Shown here: positions 38,341 through 51,261 of the stretch, one piece after another
How positions within the stretch are numbered: the stretch's first letter is position 1
Layout: each line of letters starts with the position of its first letter
Origin: Malacoraja senta
Taxonomy: Eukaryota
Reading direction: 5' to 3'
Length of the DNA stretch: 64,000 nt
Assembly: GCA_038087875.1 (NCBI GenBank)
Contig: CM075977.1
Coordinates: 131,564,001 to 131,628,000, forward strand
Notes under the pieces: generated by a model
The model's input: the letters and a program-made list of their open reading frames with translations, nothing else
Told to the model about the DNA's origin: nothing
Database searches by the model: none
Made by a program: the position numbers and the translations under genes

Positions 38341-41300
38341 ACAACCCTTATCCTACATTGGAACTGAAAGTGCGAAGACTGAATGCGTACATAGGTTGTG
38401 TTGGTCTTTACAAATGAACAACAACTCTTTTAACATGAGATACCTTAATGCATTTGTGGAAACATCACAAAGGATATTTCGCAAACCAATGCAACTGGTT
38501 AAACTTCGGAGTCACATGAGTGACTACGTGAAGAACCCCGCCAGTGCGCCTGCGCGTCATTACGTCAGACGCCTTGATGCAAACGGACGTGAGGAGCAGA
38601 GCTCCTCCAGTGGTTTGTAGTTTTTCAACTACAAGGTAAGTAGAAACTTTTTTCATGTTTTCCAGGTCCGTTTACTGTGGGTCTATGGGGATTTTTTCCA
38701 CAGACGCCATGGAAAAAACGGACAGGGGGAAGAGGTGAGTGACACAGCCAACAGAAGTCGGGAAAGTCGGGAGTCTGCGGTTAGAGACCAACCGCCTCTA
38801 AACCCCGGTACAGTCGCCAGCGGTGAGCATAGCGACTGTGGACCTGGGGCTGGTGAAAACACAGTCAGCGCCTGTCGGGCAAAAGACGAAGTTTAAATCC
38901 CAACGGCCCACGGAGGGAGTCCCAGGCAATGGAAGTAGCTCCAGGGCTAGATACTGCTTTCGAGCGTATTGCCCAAATAGAAAGCCTTTTACATAGGCTG
39001 TTGGAGCAAAGTTCACTCAGGGAGGAGTGTACTGAAAGCCAAGCTGCTGGAAGCAGCTCAAACAGCTCCTGGTACAGGGCTAGATACTGCTTTCGAGCGT
39101 ATTGCCCAAATAGAAAGCCTTTTCCATAGGCTGTTGGAGCAAAGTTCACTCAGGAAGGAGTGTACTGTAATCCAAGCTGCAGGAAGCAGCTTAACAGCAC
39201 CTGGCTCAGGGCTGATGGAATGCACCCTCAGCAATGAGGAGCGTGCTATGGGTCATGAGATTTCAGACCCCAACTCTGACGGTGAGGCTGTACAAGGCGA
39301 TGAACGGCAGCTGTCAGATGTTCCACCCCTGGCAGTAGGATTCGCTGCCCCGTCAGGGTCAGGAGAGCCATTAGGAGAAGAACTGGCCTCCTTAATAAAT
39401 TACTTGGTTTACCATCAGCTGGAACAGCAGGAGATGGATGAGACTGCAAGAAAGCAGGAGACCCCAAGTAACTGTGGGTTGCTGAAAGCAGCAGCAGTGA
39501 ACCAAATTATCTGGAATCAGTTGCAGAGAATATTAAAGCTGCTGGGTTCTGGAATAACTGCTTTTACCAGAATAGCAGGTAACAGCCAAGAGATGACAAA
39601 GTTGCATCAGGAAGCACTGGTGTTGCTATGCAGCACCCACTTCGAGATCAATTATCTGAGGAAAGTGCTATACGGCCTACTATGAATCCGAAATTCGCAG
39701 CACTATGCAAACCAAGTAATATACAATTACCCAGCTTACTCTTTGGAGAGGATCTCGGGAGACATATTAAAGAGTTGGAAGATGAAGCGAAAACAGGATT
39801 GATAAAAACATCAATGGTTGCAAAGTCTGTAAAGAGGAAGTATCCTTTCAGACGTCATACGGATCCTAGACCAGGACCAAGTCGCTCATCAACGCAGGGA
39901 CGTAGCTGGCGGCCTGCAGCGGGAGTAAGGACCAGTGGTGGTGCTTCCGGGAGAATCCAGGGATCTCAGAATACTCAAATGACTCAAGAGGTAGGTGAAC
40001 CTGGTTCTCAGGGGAACATACTAACTGGATTAAGTCCAAAAGTTGGAGGCAGATTACGTCTCTTCTATAAACATTGGAAGAAGATTACTTCAGATGTGGT
40101 AATTCTGAATAATATACAAGGATTTCGAATTGAATTCAATCTAAATTATGATTTGCCTGTCCAGCATGTTCCTAGCAGAACTCTCCACTTTGCGAAGTAA
40201 TGGAGGTTCAAGTTGCGCTTCAAAACCCTATATATAAAAGTTGTTATTGAAGAATCAGTCTACCAAATTCACCAATTTGGGTCAAATATATTCCCTCGAT
40301 CAAAAAAGGATGGAGGATGTAGGATTATTATAGACTTGACAAGTCTGAATCCTTTTGTTCAGTGTCTGTTCACTTGCAAGATATGAAGTATCTTAAATTT
40401 ACATGGATGAACCAATTAGAGCAGTTCAAAGCTCTGCCTAATGGGTTAACGTTCCCTCCCAGAATATTCATAAAATTGTTAAAATCAATTCTGGGGTTGC
40501 TGAGAGCCAGGGGCATGTACTAATGGCATACCTGGATGATGTCCTGGTTATAGGAAGGACAAAACAGTCAACAGAAGCATCGGTTGCAGTAATAAAATCA
40601 AACTTTTGAAAGTTTGGGGGTTTCTAAATTCATCCAAAGAAATCAAGGTTAAAAACATGTACCTCAATTGATTATTTGGGGTTCCCAATTGATTTAGCCC
40701 AAATGCAAATTACTTTGCCCAGTGAAAAAAGGGTGGAGTTGATTAAAGATTGCAGTAATCTGTTAAACGAGCAAAAACCTCTAATCAGACAGGTGACTCG
40801 AGTACTGGGAAAATTAGTAGATTCCCAGCAGTCCAGTATGGACCATTACATTATCAACAGCTGCAGATAATCAAAGAACAGGCACTGAGAGTAAATGCTG
40901 GTCATTTTGATAGAACCATGCAAGTAACAACAAATGCTGTTTCTAAGCTGCAGTGGTGGATTCTACATGTCTCAAGCAGTTCAGGCAAAGTGCTGATTGA
41001 ACAACATTCCATGATATTACAAACTGATGCCAGTGCACTAGGATGGGGTGCAACTGACTTAACATGGAGCTGCGGAGGCAGATGGAATCAGGAAAAGTTA
41101 GTGTTACTGCAGACATGGGGAATTACCTATTTGGAGCTTTTAGGAGGTTTCTATGGATTCCAAGCTTATGGTTCTAACACAACTAAAAGGAAGGTTCAAA
41201 TTCAAATTAATAAACACAACAGTAGTTGCCTATATTAATGATATGGGTAGAATTAAGTCGGTGTCATGTGACAAAATGGTTAAATCAACTTTGGTCTTGG

Positions 41301-41799
41301 TGTATTGAAAAAGAACATTTGGATTTCAGCTATCTATCTACCAGGTAGAATGAACACGATAGCAGACACCAGGTCACGAAAAGTTCCATGATAATAAAGA
41401 ATGGATGTTGAATCAAGAGGTATTCAATGATATAGTAATCAGATTTAGAATGACCGACATCGACTTGAATCATCAGCTATCGAGATATGTCTCATGGAAA
41501 CCAGATCCAGGAGCAGTGGCGATTGATGCTTTCTCGCTACATTGGGGTGGTATGTTTTCATATATATTTCCACCTTTCTGCCTCATAAGCCAATGTTTGC
41601 TTAAAATCAGGCAAGATGCTGCTTCAAGGGTATTGGTAGTACCAGATTGGCCTACACAGCCATGGTATCTGTTGATATTAGAATTAACAACACAAATGTT
41701 GATGAAAGTCCCAAAAAAGAGTAATTTATTGCTGCACCCTGTACAGGGGAACAACACCCATTATATGATCGTTTGGATTTGTTGATTTGCAGGTTTTAA

Positions 41800-42765
41800 G
41801 AATGCCTTTTCTGGGACGAGGACTGTCTGAGCATACTGTGGACATGCTTACGGCAGCCTGGAGGAAGAGCACTCAAAAACAGTACCTTTCTTATATTAAG
41901 AAATGGGAAGAGTTCTGTGTACAAAAGAATGTGCAATAAAGTACTGCAGATATTTCAAATGTTTAGAATTTCTGTCAAAACTTTATTATGATGAAGGTCT
42001 GAGTTGTAGTGCAATTAATTCAGCCAGAAGTGCATTGTCCTCATATTTGGTTCTGGATTCAGAAAGAAACTCAATTGGGTCATACCCAATTGTTTCCAGA
42101 CTAATGAAAGGAATCTTTAATTCCAAACCACCGAAACCTAGGTACGTGACAATCTGGGATGTAAGTGTGGTACTGAAACTACTTCGTGAATGGTCATCAA
42201 GTGTGTCTTTACCTTTGGTCAAGCTCAGTATGAAAGTATTCATGTTTATGGCATGAGTGACAGCACAACGAGTGCAAACACTTGGAAAATTACAAATAGA
42301 CAGTATGGAAGTAACTGAAGACAAGGTTACATTCTATATCTATGACCTACTATAGTAAATTAGGCCAGGTGTGACAGGTTTTAAAATTATGCTAGCAGCA
42401 TATCCAAATGATCCATGTCTCTGTATTAAGACATATTTATTACAATACATTGAGGTCACAAAGAATTTGAGAATACGGAAACTGGGTTGTTGATCACACA
42501 CAAGAAACCACACAAGAGAGTTTCAATACAGACTATTTCCAGATGGATAAAAGAAGTCTTAACAGCTGCTGGTATTAACACTTATGTTTTTACGTCTCAC
42601 TCGACTAGGGCAGCAGAAACGTCGGCGGCCAGGGCAAAAGACGTCCCCGTCAACCATATCCTCGCAGCCGCCGGGTGGTCCAATGAGTTGATGTTTCAAC
42701 ATTTTTACCATCGGCCTATTGTTAATGCGGGGTTGTTTGCAGAAACTATTTTAAGTTCTGTGTAA
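41800..42765 (+). pseudogene. DIRS tyrosine recombinase (frameshifted)
   Basis: AINSARSALSS...PPKPRYVTIWDV; AQRVQTL; QTISRWIKEVLTAAGI...FTSHSTRAA...AAGWSNELMFQHFY. Confidence 0.88.
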
Positions 42766-42975
42766 ATTCCTCTGGTTTAAAGGGGATCTGATTCATTTCA
42801 TTATTGAAATGAATTACTGCATTTGTGGTACAAATGTTATTATGAATGCATGATTGATTATTCTCGTTCCGAGTCAATCTATGCAGTGAGAAGCCGGGAT
42901 TGATCCACGCCATGAAATCACAAAGCTTTAAAATCTTCACGTAGTCACTCACGTGACTCCGAAGTAAAATAGTAA

Positions 42976-43579
42976 AGGCTCTGTCTTACCTGTTTGCGGT
43001 CATCGGCGGTGAAGCGCGGTGTCGCCGGTAGCGAGGACCGCGCGGCAACGGCGAGAGCGTCGAGCTTATCCACCGGAGCGCCGCTCGGATGGTGCGCGGG
43101 GGCCGAGTTAATTCAAACACGGCGGGTCCCATGTGCTTGCGGTAATTAAAAAAAGGGCGGGCCGACTGCGATGACGTCGGCCCGCCGCACGTGACTCACC
43201 AGCGGCGGCTGTGGCGGCGGCCATCCTGATCGCGGCGCTGTAGCGGTGGCTGTGCCTGCGGCCGTGCAGCACACGTGCCTCACTGGCGGCGGCACGTGCG
43301 TCACTGGCGGAGCCTGTGGCAATGGAGGTTTGACGCACGGCGCTCGAGCCACACTGGCGGCGGCCCGTGCGAGCGGCCGTGCCGCACTTGTGCATCACTG
43401 GTGGAGGTTGTGCGGTGAGTATTTAGTTTTGGACATTGTCGATTTTATTTTAGCACCGCGCGGTGTTGGGAACACCGCCGCACGGCCCGGGAATTGTACT
43501 TTCTCACGAGTGCGCCGTCTATGGCGGCAGATTCCTCCCGTTTCGCCGCCATAGACCGCAGACTCGTGAGACAGGCCTT
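42976..43579. mobile_element. GC-rich PIF/Harbinger-like MITE inserted in the DIRS ICR
   Basis: AGGCTCTGTCTTAC...GTGAGACAGGCCTT with TAA at 42973-75 and 43580-82; removing it restores the ICR. Confidence 0.82.
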
Positions 43580-44467
43580 TAAGATTAAACGAGAACTTAC
43601 CTAAGTTTGAAGTTTGATCTTTATTTTATGAGGAGTTACGTAGGTGATTACGTGCCCACCACGACCCTACCCTCTATCATAAAGGTCAGATGGAAGTTCT
43701 TGTATTACTCGTTTTATTATGAGACTATATTACTTCGGTTGTTGTTTTTTGTGATTTCACACCGCTGCTTTGAAGATTGACGCGCAGGCGCACTGGCGGG
43801 GTTCTTCACGTAATCACCTACGTAACTCCTCATAAAATAAAGATCAAACTTCAAACTTAGGTAAGTTCTCGTTTAATCTTACTATTATGTTGTTTTGATG
43901 AATCAAAATAATTTTGAGATTGACTACATGCAATACAGAATTCTCATTAAATTTACAATTATTAAAGCCTCTGTAGGGTCATGGTTCCCAAAGGCTTTGC
44001 AAGGAAATCTACAAGCATAGGTAATCATCAAATCTAAATAATTGCACATTGTCAAGAACCAGCTGTTATGATCCACATAGCTGTCGTCAAATGATGTAGT
44101 GCTAAAACAGTTCTAGAGAGGAAACTTCAAAACATCTTCACATAATGCAATTAGATTTGCACTTTGCACACAGCAGCAGTATATTTTGTACAGGCAGTTA
44201 CATTCGATTGAATCAAGTAGCAGCAAAATACAGTAGATATTTAGCCTGCTTAAATTATTAGCCTGATTTTTTTTTTACCATTTACTCTAATCAAATGTCT
44301 CTTTAACACCAATCAAGACAGAAACAAAAAATCCAATAACTGTGACTAAATGCATTTCAAACCCTGCAAATAGTACAAAAATGGTTTGTAGTCTTTGCTT
44401 GTTTTTCATCAGTGCCTCCGAGTCTTGAGTTTGATAATTAACAAATGAGTCAGAACGTTCTTGACCT

Positions 44468-44550
44468 GTAACGTCACCCATTCCTTTTCTCCAGAGATGC
44501 TACCAGAGGGGCAGGTAGCATCTCTGGAGAAAAGGAATGGGTGACGTTAC
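44468..44550. repeat. Perfect 37-bp inverted repeat of PLE terminal sequence (9-nt spacer)
   Basis: GTAACGTCACCCATTCCTTTTCTCCAGAGATGCTACC / GGTAGCATCTCTGGAGAAAAGGAATGGGTGACGTTAC. Confidence 0.9.
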
Positions 44551-45689
44551 TCCAGCATTCTGTGACTCCAGCATTCTGTGTCTATCTTTGGTACTTACCA
44601 GCATCTGCAGTTCGTTCCTACACAGGTAATCTTGCAGGCCCAGCAGGTCAGACAGAAATCAGGGAAAGGGAAACCGAGTTGACATTTCAGGTCAAAGACC
44701 TTCGGTCAAAACTGAGTATCATTGTCTGAAAATAAGGAGGCAGCCATTCGCTGCCAGAGAGAATATATTTATGCTCAGAGAGTTATATTTTTTTGGCGAT
44801 CCTGCCCCAGAGATCCTCATATATTTAGTCACTATGCATACTCAATGGGTTTGATAGTTTTGAATTTTTAAGAATTCACAAGATACGAGAATAGATGGAG
44901 AGTAAATCTAATGCAAGTATTTAGCCATGGTCTTACAGAATGGCAGAATGGATGTGGTATAACCAGAGCTATACAAAGCGGAGGCTTAATTTCTATCCCA
45001 CGATATTATTGTCATCCAGATATATATGCGAGCATTCCATGTGCCCTTTTAATTATTTTCTTTGCCTGTTCATATCATTTTAATAATTTGTGTGGACAGC
45101 ACCCCTGGTTTCTTTGGACCTTTGTTGTTGCTAACATTTTGCATTTCAGAAAGTATTGATTTATTCTTTTAAGCTCCACAGGGGATGGCTCGCCTTTTGC
45201 ATACATGATAACTATTTGGTCAATCTATTAATATATTTTATTTTAATTTAATGCTTCCATCTGTACAGTTTGCAGTGCTGCCTAACCTTGTGTCACCTTC
45301 AATTCAATGAGTTTCAATTCTAGTTAATACTATTTTATGAGGGACTTTATCATCTGCCCTTTGGAAATCCAAATAAATTACATTCATAGACATTTCCCTG
45401 TCCACTTATTCAGCCATTTCTTCAAAAGATTTAATCGGGTCCACTGGGCTCCAGCTGCCCTTTAAAAATATATGTTAACACTCCATGATCAACTGAACAT
45501 TTCCAGTTTTTAGATTAACTGTTTTCAATCACAGCTTATCTTCCTTAAAAAGTGGTGTATCATGCATTATTTGATGATCTAAATTAATAACTCCCAGTTT
45601 AAGAAGTTATAGATAAGGCACCTGCAAGTTCTCTTCCCAATTCTTTTAGGACTAAATTCATCTAGTGCCAAGACTTATGTAGACTGAAC

Positions 45690-45995
45690 TTTAGAATTTA
45701 GAGATTCAATGCAGAAACAGGCCCTTCAACTCACCAAGCCTCCACCGATCAGCGATCACCCTGTATACTAGCATTATCCAACACACTAGGAACAATTGAC
45801 GATTTTACCAAAGCCAACTAACCAACAAGCCTGCATGTCTTTGGAGTGTAGGAGGAAACCAGAGCACCCAGAGAAAGCCCACGCTGTCACAGGGAGATCA
45901 CACAAACAAAGTACAGACAGCATTAATAGTCAGAATGGAACCCGGGTCTCTGGTGTTGTAAGGCAGCAACTCTGCCGCTGCGCCACTGTGCCATC
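45690..45995 (-). mobile_element. V-SINE (HE1-like); further copies at about 47215-47420(-), 48885-49155(-) and 61865-62170(+)
   Basis: Same head, core and tail motifs as the other copies. Confidence 0.78.
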
Positions 45996-46309
45996 ATGTA
46001 ATTTTCTGAATGTTCTTTTCCGGTGTTAATTTTGATTATTTCCCGCTTTTTACTAATAGAAGCTTCTTTGGATTTTGCAAGTAAGAGTTGGGTAGGGATT
46101 GTATAGCAAGAGCGCTCCTGGACAAGCTCTTTCTCCTAATATAATCTGAATTATTTTGTGTGCCAACTTCAACTGCCATTGTTGAGGACCTGGCTGTATT
46201 TTCACCATCCTTTGTTTTGATTGATTGACTGAAAGATACAGCATTGAAACAGGCCCTTCTTCGCACCAAGTCCCTTCTAACCATTAATTACCTATTTATC
46301 CTCCTCGCC

Positions 46310-47172
46310 ACTAGGAGCGCCGCATTGAAGGCGCCTCTGCCTACAGTCTGTCTGTTTTTTTCCATCTTTTTTTGATTTTAGTTTGTCTAAACAGTTTGTT
46401 TTGGGGATTCTTTCGTTTTTCTATGTGGGGGGAGGGTAAGGGGGAAAACGTTTCCCAGTCGCTTCCTGGCGAGGATGCGACTATTTCTCCGTGTCTCGTC
46501 CTTGCCCCCCTCCTCGTGGCCTACCATCTGGATCAGAGCGGCCTTTCCTACCGGAGACCGGGGAACGGACCAGAGCTTCGGCAGCGGCGGCGCGGCACTC
46601 GATTCACCGCGGTGCGGGCGATGCCTAGCTGGATCGCCGTTTGAAGCTCTGGAGCGTTGGGCCTGCAGCATCGACATCGCGGGGCTGTGGTACGCGGAGC
46701 TCCCAGCACGGGCGGCGATGTCCAACATCGCGGAGTCCTGGGGCCCTTTGCTGAGGACCGCCAGTGTGAATCTCCGCTCGGCGTGGCCTGGGGACTTCGG
46801 GAGCCGCGGACTCCGGTGGGAAGAGGCCGATTTGGAGGTCCAAGCCGCTGAGGTTGGCCTCCCGTTCCGGCATCGGAGTTCCATTATCCCGGCGAGCGGG
46901 CCTGAGCGGTGGGCCGCCTGTAGCGGCGACTGCGAAGGGCTCCGGAGGTCCCGACCATGGGTGAACATCAGGAACATCAGAGTAAGATGACTGACTTTGG
47001 TGCCTTCCCTCACAGTGGGAAACTTTTGATTCTGCTGTGTGGGGATGTTTTATGTTGGACTCTATGTTGTGTTGTGTTCTTTATTTTTATTGTATGGCTG
47101 TATGGTGAACACACATTTCACTGTGCCAACTGGCACATGTGACAAATAAATGTATCTTGTCTTGCCTTGTCT
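46310..47172 (+). mobile_element. GC-rich non-autonomous retroposon with AATAAA-(TCTTG)n tail, inserted in a V-SINE
   Basis: CpG-rich body; TGCCTTCCCTCACAGTGGGAA block shared with 55860-55882 (minus); SINE pieces at 46235-46300 and 47175-47420. Confidence 0.6.
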
Positions 47173-49828
47173 ATACTAGTTCCATGTTATTCTACTTTAG
47201 TATCTACTCCAGACAGATTAAGGGCAATTTACAGAGGCCAAATAACTACAAATCTGCATGTCTTTGGGGTGTGGGAGAAAACCGGAGCACCCGGAGGAAA
47301 CTTATGTGGTCACAAGGAAAACATGTAAACGCCACACAGACAACACCCAAGGTCAGGATTGAACCTGGGTTTATGGCGCTGTGAGGCATCAGCTCTACCA
47401 GCTGTCCACTGTGCAGCCCTTATGATTTGTATCTTTGTTATTTGTATATCTCGTCACATCAATCTGGGCCATGTTTTGTCTCTTTCTATCCTCTTCAATT
47501 TAGCATTATTTTTTAATTATATCACTACCTCCTTTAGTCATCCATGACCTGTTTATGGTAAGTAAAAGTTTTGCCCCTTGAAATTTATGCTGGATCTTTC
47601 TTATCTCTTTCTGTGCACCTGTCTATCAGCACGTGGCAAAGTTCATTTAGGGCAAATTTTATGAAGCTCTCCAAAAATAGTCAAGAACTTCTACTGAACC
47701 TTTTAATTACTCTTTTGACTTCAGTAACAATTCTGCTATTTTTTGGAATCACCTGTATCTTAGATTCTGTGTGCTTGCCTAGGGCTGTCTTTGGCCTGGT
47801 CCACAGAGAATATTCCTCATCCACAAATGTAAATAGGTCAAATTTAGAGTTAGTAGTAGCCTCGAGGTGAATACATTGTGGCACCCTTAGAGGAGGAGTC
47901 TGCAGACGGTTTCCAATTTGAAATGTCTTCTAGCCATTTCCTTCAAAAGATTCTGCCTGGACAGCCGAGTTCCTCCAATACTTTGTATTTTGCACCCTTG
48001 GATGTTCATTATAATAAACTGCATGAAAGCGCTCCCATGTCCAAACTTTATCTGGACTGAAAGGACACAAAGTGCTGGAGTAACTCAGCAGATCAGGCAG
48101 CATCTCTGAAGAGAAGGAATGGGTGACGTTTCGGGTCGAGACCCTTCTTCGGACACTTCTGGAGAACATCTACTGGAGTTGCAGAATTTGATGTATCTTT
48201 CTGGTTCATAATTCAGGACACTTACAAATGACACATGCCACCAACAAAGTGTGTTCAAATTCCTGGAGTTTTCTACTGATGATAACGTAAGTAGGAAAGA
48301 TGGAAACACTCCTCACTCAGGCCGAACAAGTTAAATGCAGTTAAATGGGTTTAACAATGAAGCAATTGACAAGCTAAATGAGTACAGCTGATAAGTCTGA
48401 AATGAAGGTTATGGTGATTTCCAGAGCAGCAAATCATGGCATAATAGGGCAGCATAAGCAAATTAAGCAGATGGCCAATATCTAAATTTATAAAAATGAG
48501 AAATCATTGGAAAATGTCATCACACCAGACAATATCTGCAAAAAGAATCAAGTTTCAAACCAATCACATTTTATCAAAGCATTGACTGACCTTGAGGTTT
48601 CCAACAATTGAATGTTAAGTTCTACAGCACAGTCATAAAGAAAATATGACTGTGCTGTAGATATTCAAAAATATCAAAGGGGAAATAAAGAAAAATCTAA
48701 GATCCTAGGATACTAAAATGGTGTGCTTATCTTCATTTGGTTTGAGGTTTACATTTATTGGTTTCAAACTGTAGTGTGGTGTTGGGAGTGGACTTTTAAA
48801 CTGTTGGGGATGAGTAGCAAAGATGGTTTGACTTCAAGGTTAATTCAAAAAGTAACAAATGCTACATATTTGCTTTCTCTTTTGAAACAGAATCTTTGGC
48901 CCACACTGACCAGTGATCACCCAGTACATTAACCTACACACAGTAGGGACACTCTTACAGTTTACCAAAGCAAATTAACCTACAAACCTGTACGTCTTTG
49001 GAGTGTGGGAGGAAACCAGAGCACCCTGGAGAAACCCCATGTGGTCACAGGGAGAACGTGCAAACTCTGTACAGACAGCACCTATTGTCAGGATTGAACC
49101 TGGGCTCTAGCGTTACAAGGCAGCATCTCTACCACTGAGCCACTGTGCCACCTGGGCAGTCTGCAAGCTGACCCTGTCGTCAGCATGATATACGAGCAAA
49201 AACAAGTGTTGGATGAACTCGCAGCATCTGTGGATATGAATCAGTCCGAAGGGGTCTGATCCAAAACATTGTTTGTCCATTCCCTGCACAGATGCTGCCT
49301 GACCTGCTGAATTCCTCCAGCACATTGCTTTTTGCTCAGGATTCCAGCATCTGCAGTTTCTTGTGTCTCAAAGTGATGCACATCCATCTTCCTGATGGCA
49401 GGTATGCAAACACCTGCTGGAGCCGATGGACATAGGGCTGGAAGACCCGAGATTGAAAGTGCTTGCAAAGTATATTGTGGGTTAGTACCTATAATTTGGA
49501 TTTGACAGAGTGGGAGGCAGAGGAGGGTGATGTGGAATTGGTAGTGGACTTTCTAAGCTGCAATGACATTGCATTTGCTTCATAATCTTCAAGACGCTGA
49601 TAACTTTATCAAATCACTGTACATGCTCAGCTAAATATGGAGCGTCTTTAGGTATGATTGCCTGCTCAGGGAGATAAACAGTTTGAGGGGAGAGGTCATG
49701 TGATTAAATATTAACTAAAACCCAACAAGTATTGGCAACACTGACGTTAGATACATTGTGTGATATTTGACCTTTATCTGCAAGCCCTTTGTTGGAGGCT
49801 CACCATTACCAAGCAGTCAGATCCTCAC

Positions 49829-49906
49829 CTGCTGCCTTCTATGGAGCCCAGCTACAATCTGCAATACTTGCTGAGCTTGCTGCTGTAACAGCTGCTGTTC
49901 CTTCAT
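49829..49906 (-). CDS. Candidate 78-nt internal coding exon, unidentified gene (MKEQQLLQQQAQQVLQIVAGLHRRQQ)
   Basis: CTAATTGCATTATTCCAG acceptor, CAG|GTGAGG donor, phase 0/0, open helical Q-rich peptide, in non-repeat sequence. Confidence 0.45.
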
Positions 49907-50446
49907 CTGGAATAATGCAATTAGAATAACAATGGCCTTCAGCAACTAAATCTAATGATAAAACAAAAAAGTGAGAGAAAAACAATCTGAAAGCTAGAAA
50001 GGTTATTACAAATCTAGAGCACAAAATGTCCAATCATCCAGGATATATAAATACATATGTAACTTCAGCTATACTTAAGCACCAATCACAGCAGGGTTCT
50101 ACTAATATTCTTTATTACATCAATAAATTTCATTTTTAATTAGTTAACAGATTAAATAATTCCATTTGTTAGTTTAGATTAATTTTGTTCAGAGGTACAG
50201 AGGTACAGAATGAAAACAGGTCCTTCGGCCCAACTAGTACAAGCCGAAGGTAGACACAAAATACTGGAGTAACAGCAGGTCAGGCAGCATCGCTGAAAAA
50301 ATGGAATAGGTGACATTTCAGGTCATTCTCCTTTGAAGAACTTCCCCCTACTCTCAATTCCCAATATACCTCATTTCATTTAAACATCCCTCAGACAAAA
50401 TAATCATACCTATCATCTCCACAGTCCTCTGACAAGTGACAGAAGA

Positions 50447-51261
50447 AATGTGTAGGAAGGAACTACAGATGCTTTTGCTTCTTAAACTGTTTCAACACCA
50501 GACTGTGGCATCGGTCATGACACCAGATCAGCAATCAACACACAGCAAGGTGAACTCACCCAATAGGCTTTATTTTGAACAACGACACCACAAAATAAAA
50601 ACACCAAAAAATAAATATATAAATAAATTAAAAAATTTAAATTAAATCTTAAAGGGGACGTGTTGTCACAAGAATTTATAATCTTGCAGCATCAATCTAC
50701 TGTATCCGTTGTTCAGGTTGTGGGCTTTTATACATCGGTGAGACCAAACATAGTCTGGCCGATGGTATCGCTGATCACCTTCATTCAGTCCGCCTGAACC
50801 TACCTGATCTCCTGGTTGCTAAACACTTTAATTTTCCTTCCCATTCCCACACAGACCTTTCTGTCCTAGGTCTCCTCCATTGTCAGAGTGAGGCTAAACG
50901 CAAATTGGAGGAAAAGCAACTCATACAGTATTTTGCTTAGGCAGCTTGGTATGAATATTGATTTCTCTAACTTCAAGTAACCCCGACATTCCTTCTCTCT
51001 CTATCCCTCCCCCACCCAAGTCGCACCAGCTTTGTGTTTTCATCCAACAAACAGCTAACAATGGCCTGTTTCCTTCATCGTTATTTTTTGCATATCTTTC
51101 ATTCATTGTTCTTTATCTCTCCACATCATCATCTATATCTCTCATTTCCCTTATCCTTAACTTGTCTGAAGAAGGCTCTTGACCCAAAACGTCACCCATG
51201 CCTTCTCTCCAGAGATGCTGCATGTCCCGCTGAGTTACTCCAGATTTTTGTGTCTATCTTC
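50447..51261 (+). mobile_element. PLE 3' fragment (GIY-YIG and terminal repeat) with an embedded solo-LTR-like segment 50504-50670
   Basis: IYCIRCSGCGLLYIGETK at 50693-50746; CTGAAGAAGGCTCTTGACCCAAAACGTC near 51166; TGTGGCA...TGTCACA flanked by AGAC/AGAA. Confidence 0.8.

Larger units (their letters stand above)
38501..43886 (+). mobile_element. DIRS1-type tyrosine-recombinase retrotransposon, structurally complete but with decayed ORFs
   Basis: gag-like 39134-40200; RT KKDGGCRIIIDL and YLDD (about 40529); RNase H LQTDASALGWG; methyltransferase-like DAFSLHW...IFPPF...VPDWPTQPWY; YR HSTRAA...AAGWS...FY; inverted termini and internal complementary region (ICR). Confidence 0.93.

Noticed and set aside
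46387-47013. Long GC-rich ORFs (also 55948-56498, 43108-43554, 37789-38131) as host genes
   Set aside because: Overlapping ORFs on both strands with no recognisable domain, all inside GC-rich repeats where stops are rare.
48216-48286. Plus-strand exon candidate (TTCAG|...AAC|GTAAGT)
   Set aside because: No recognisable peptide and no partner exons on that strand; cannot be told from chance.
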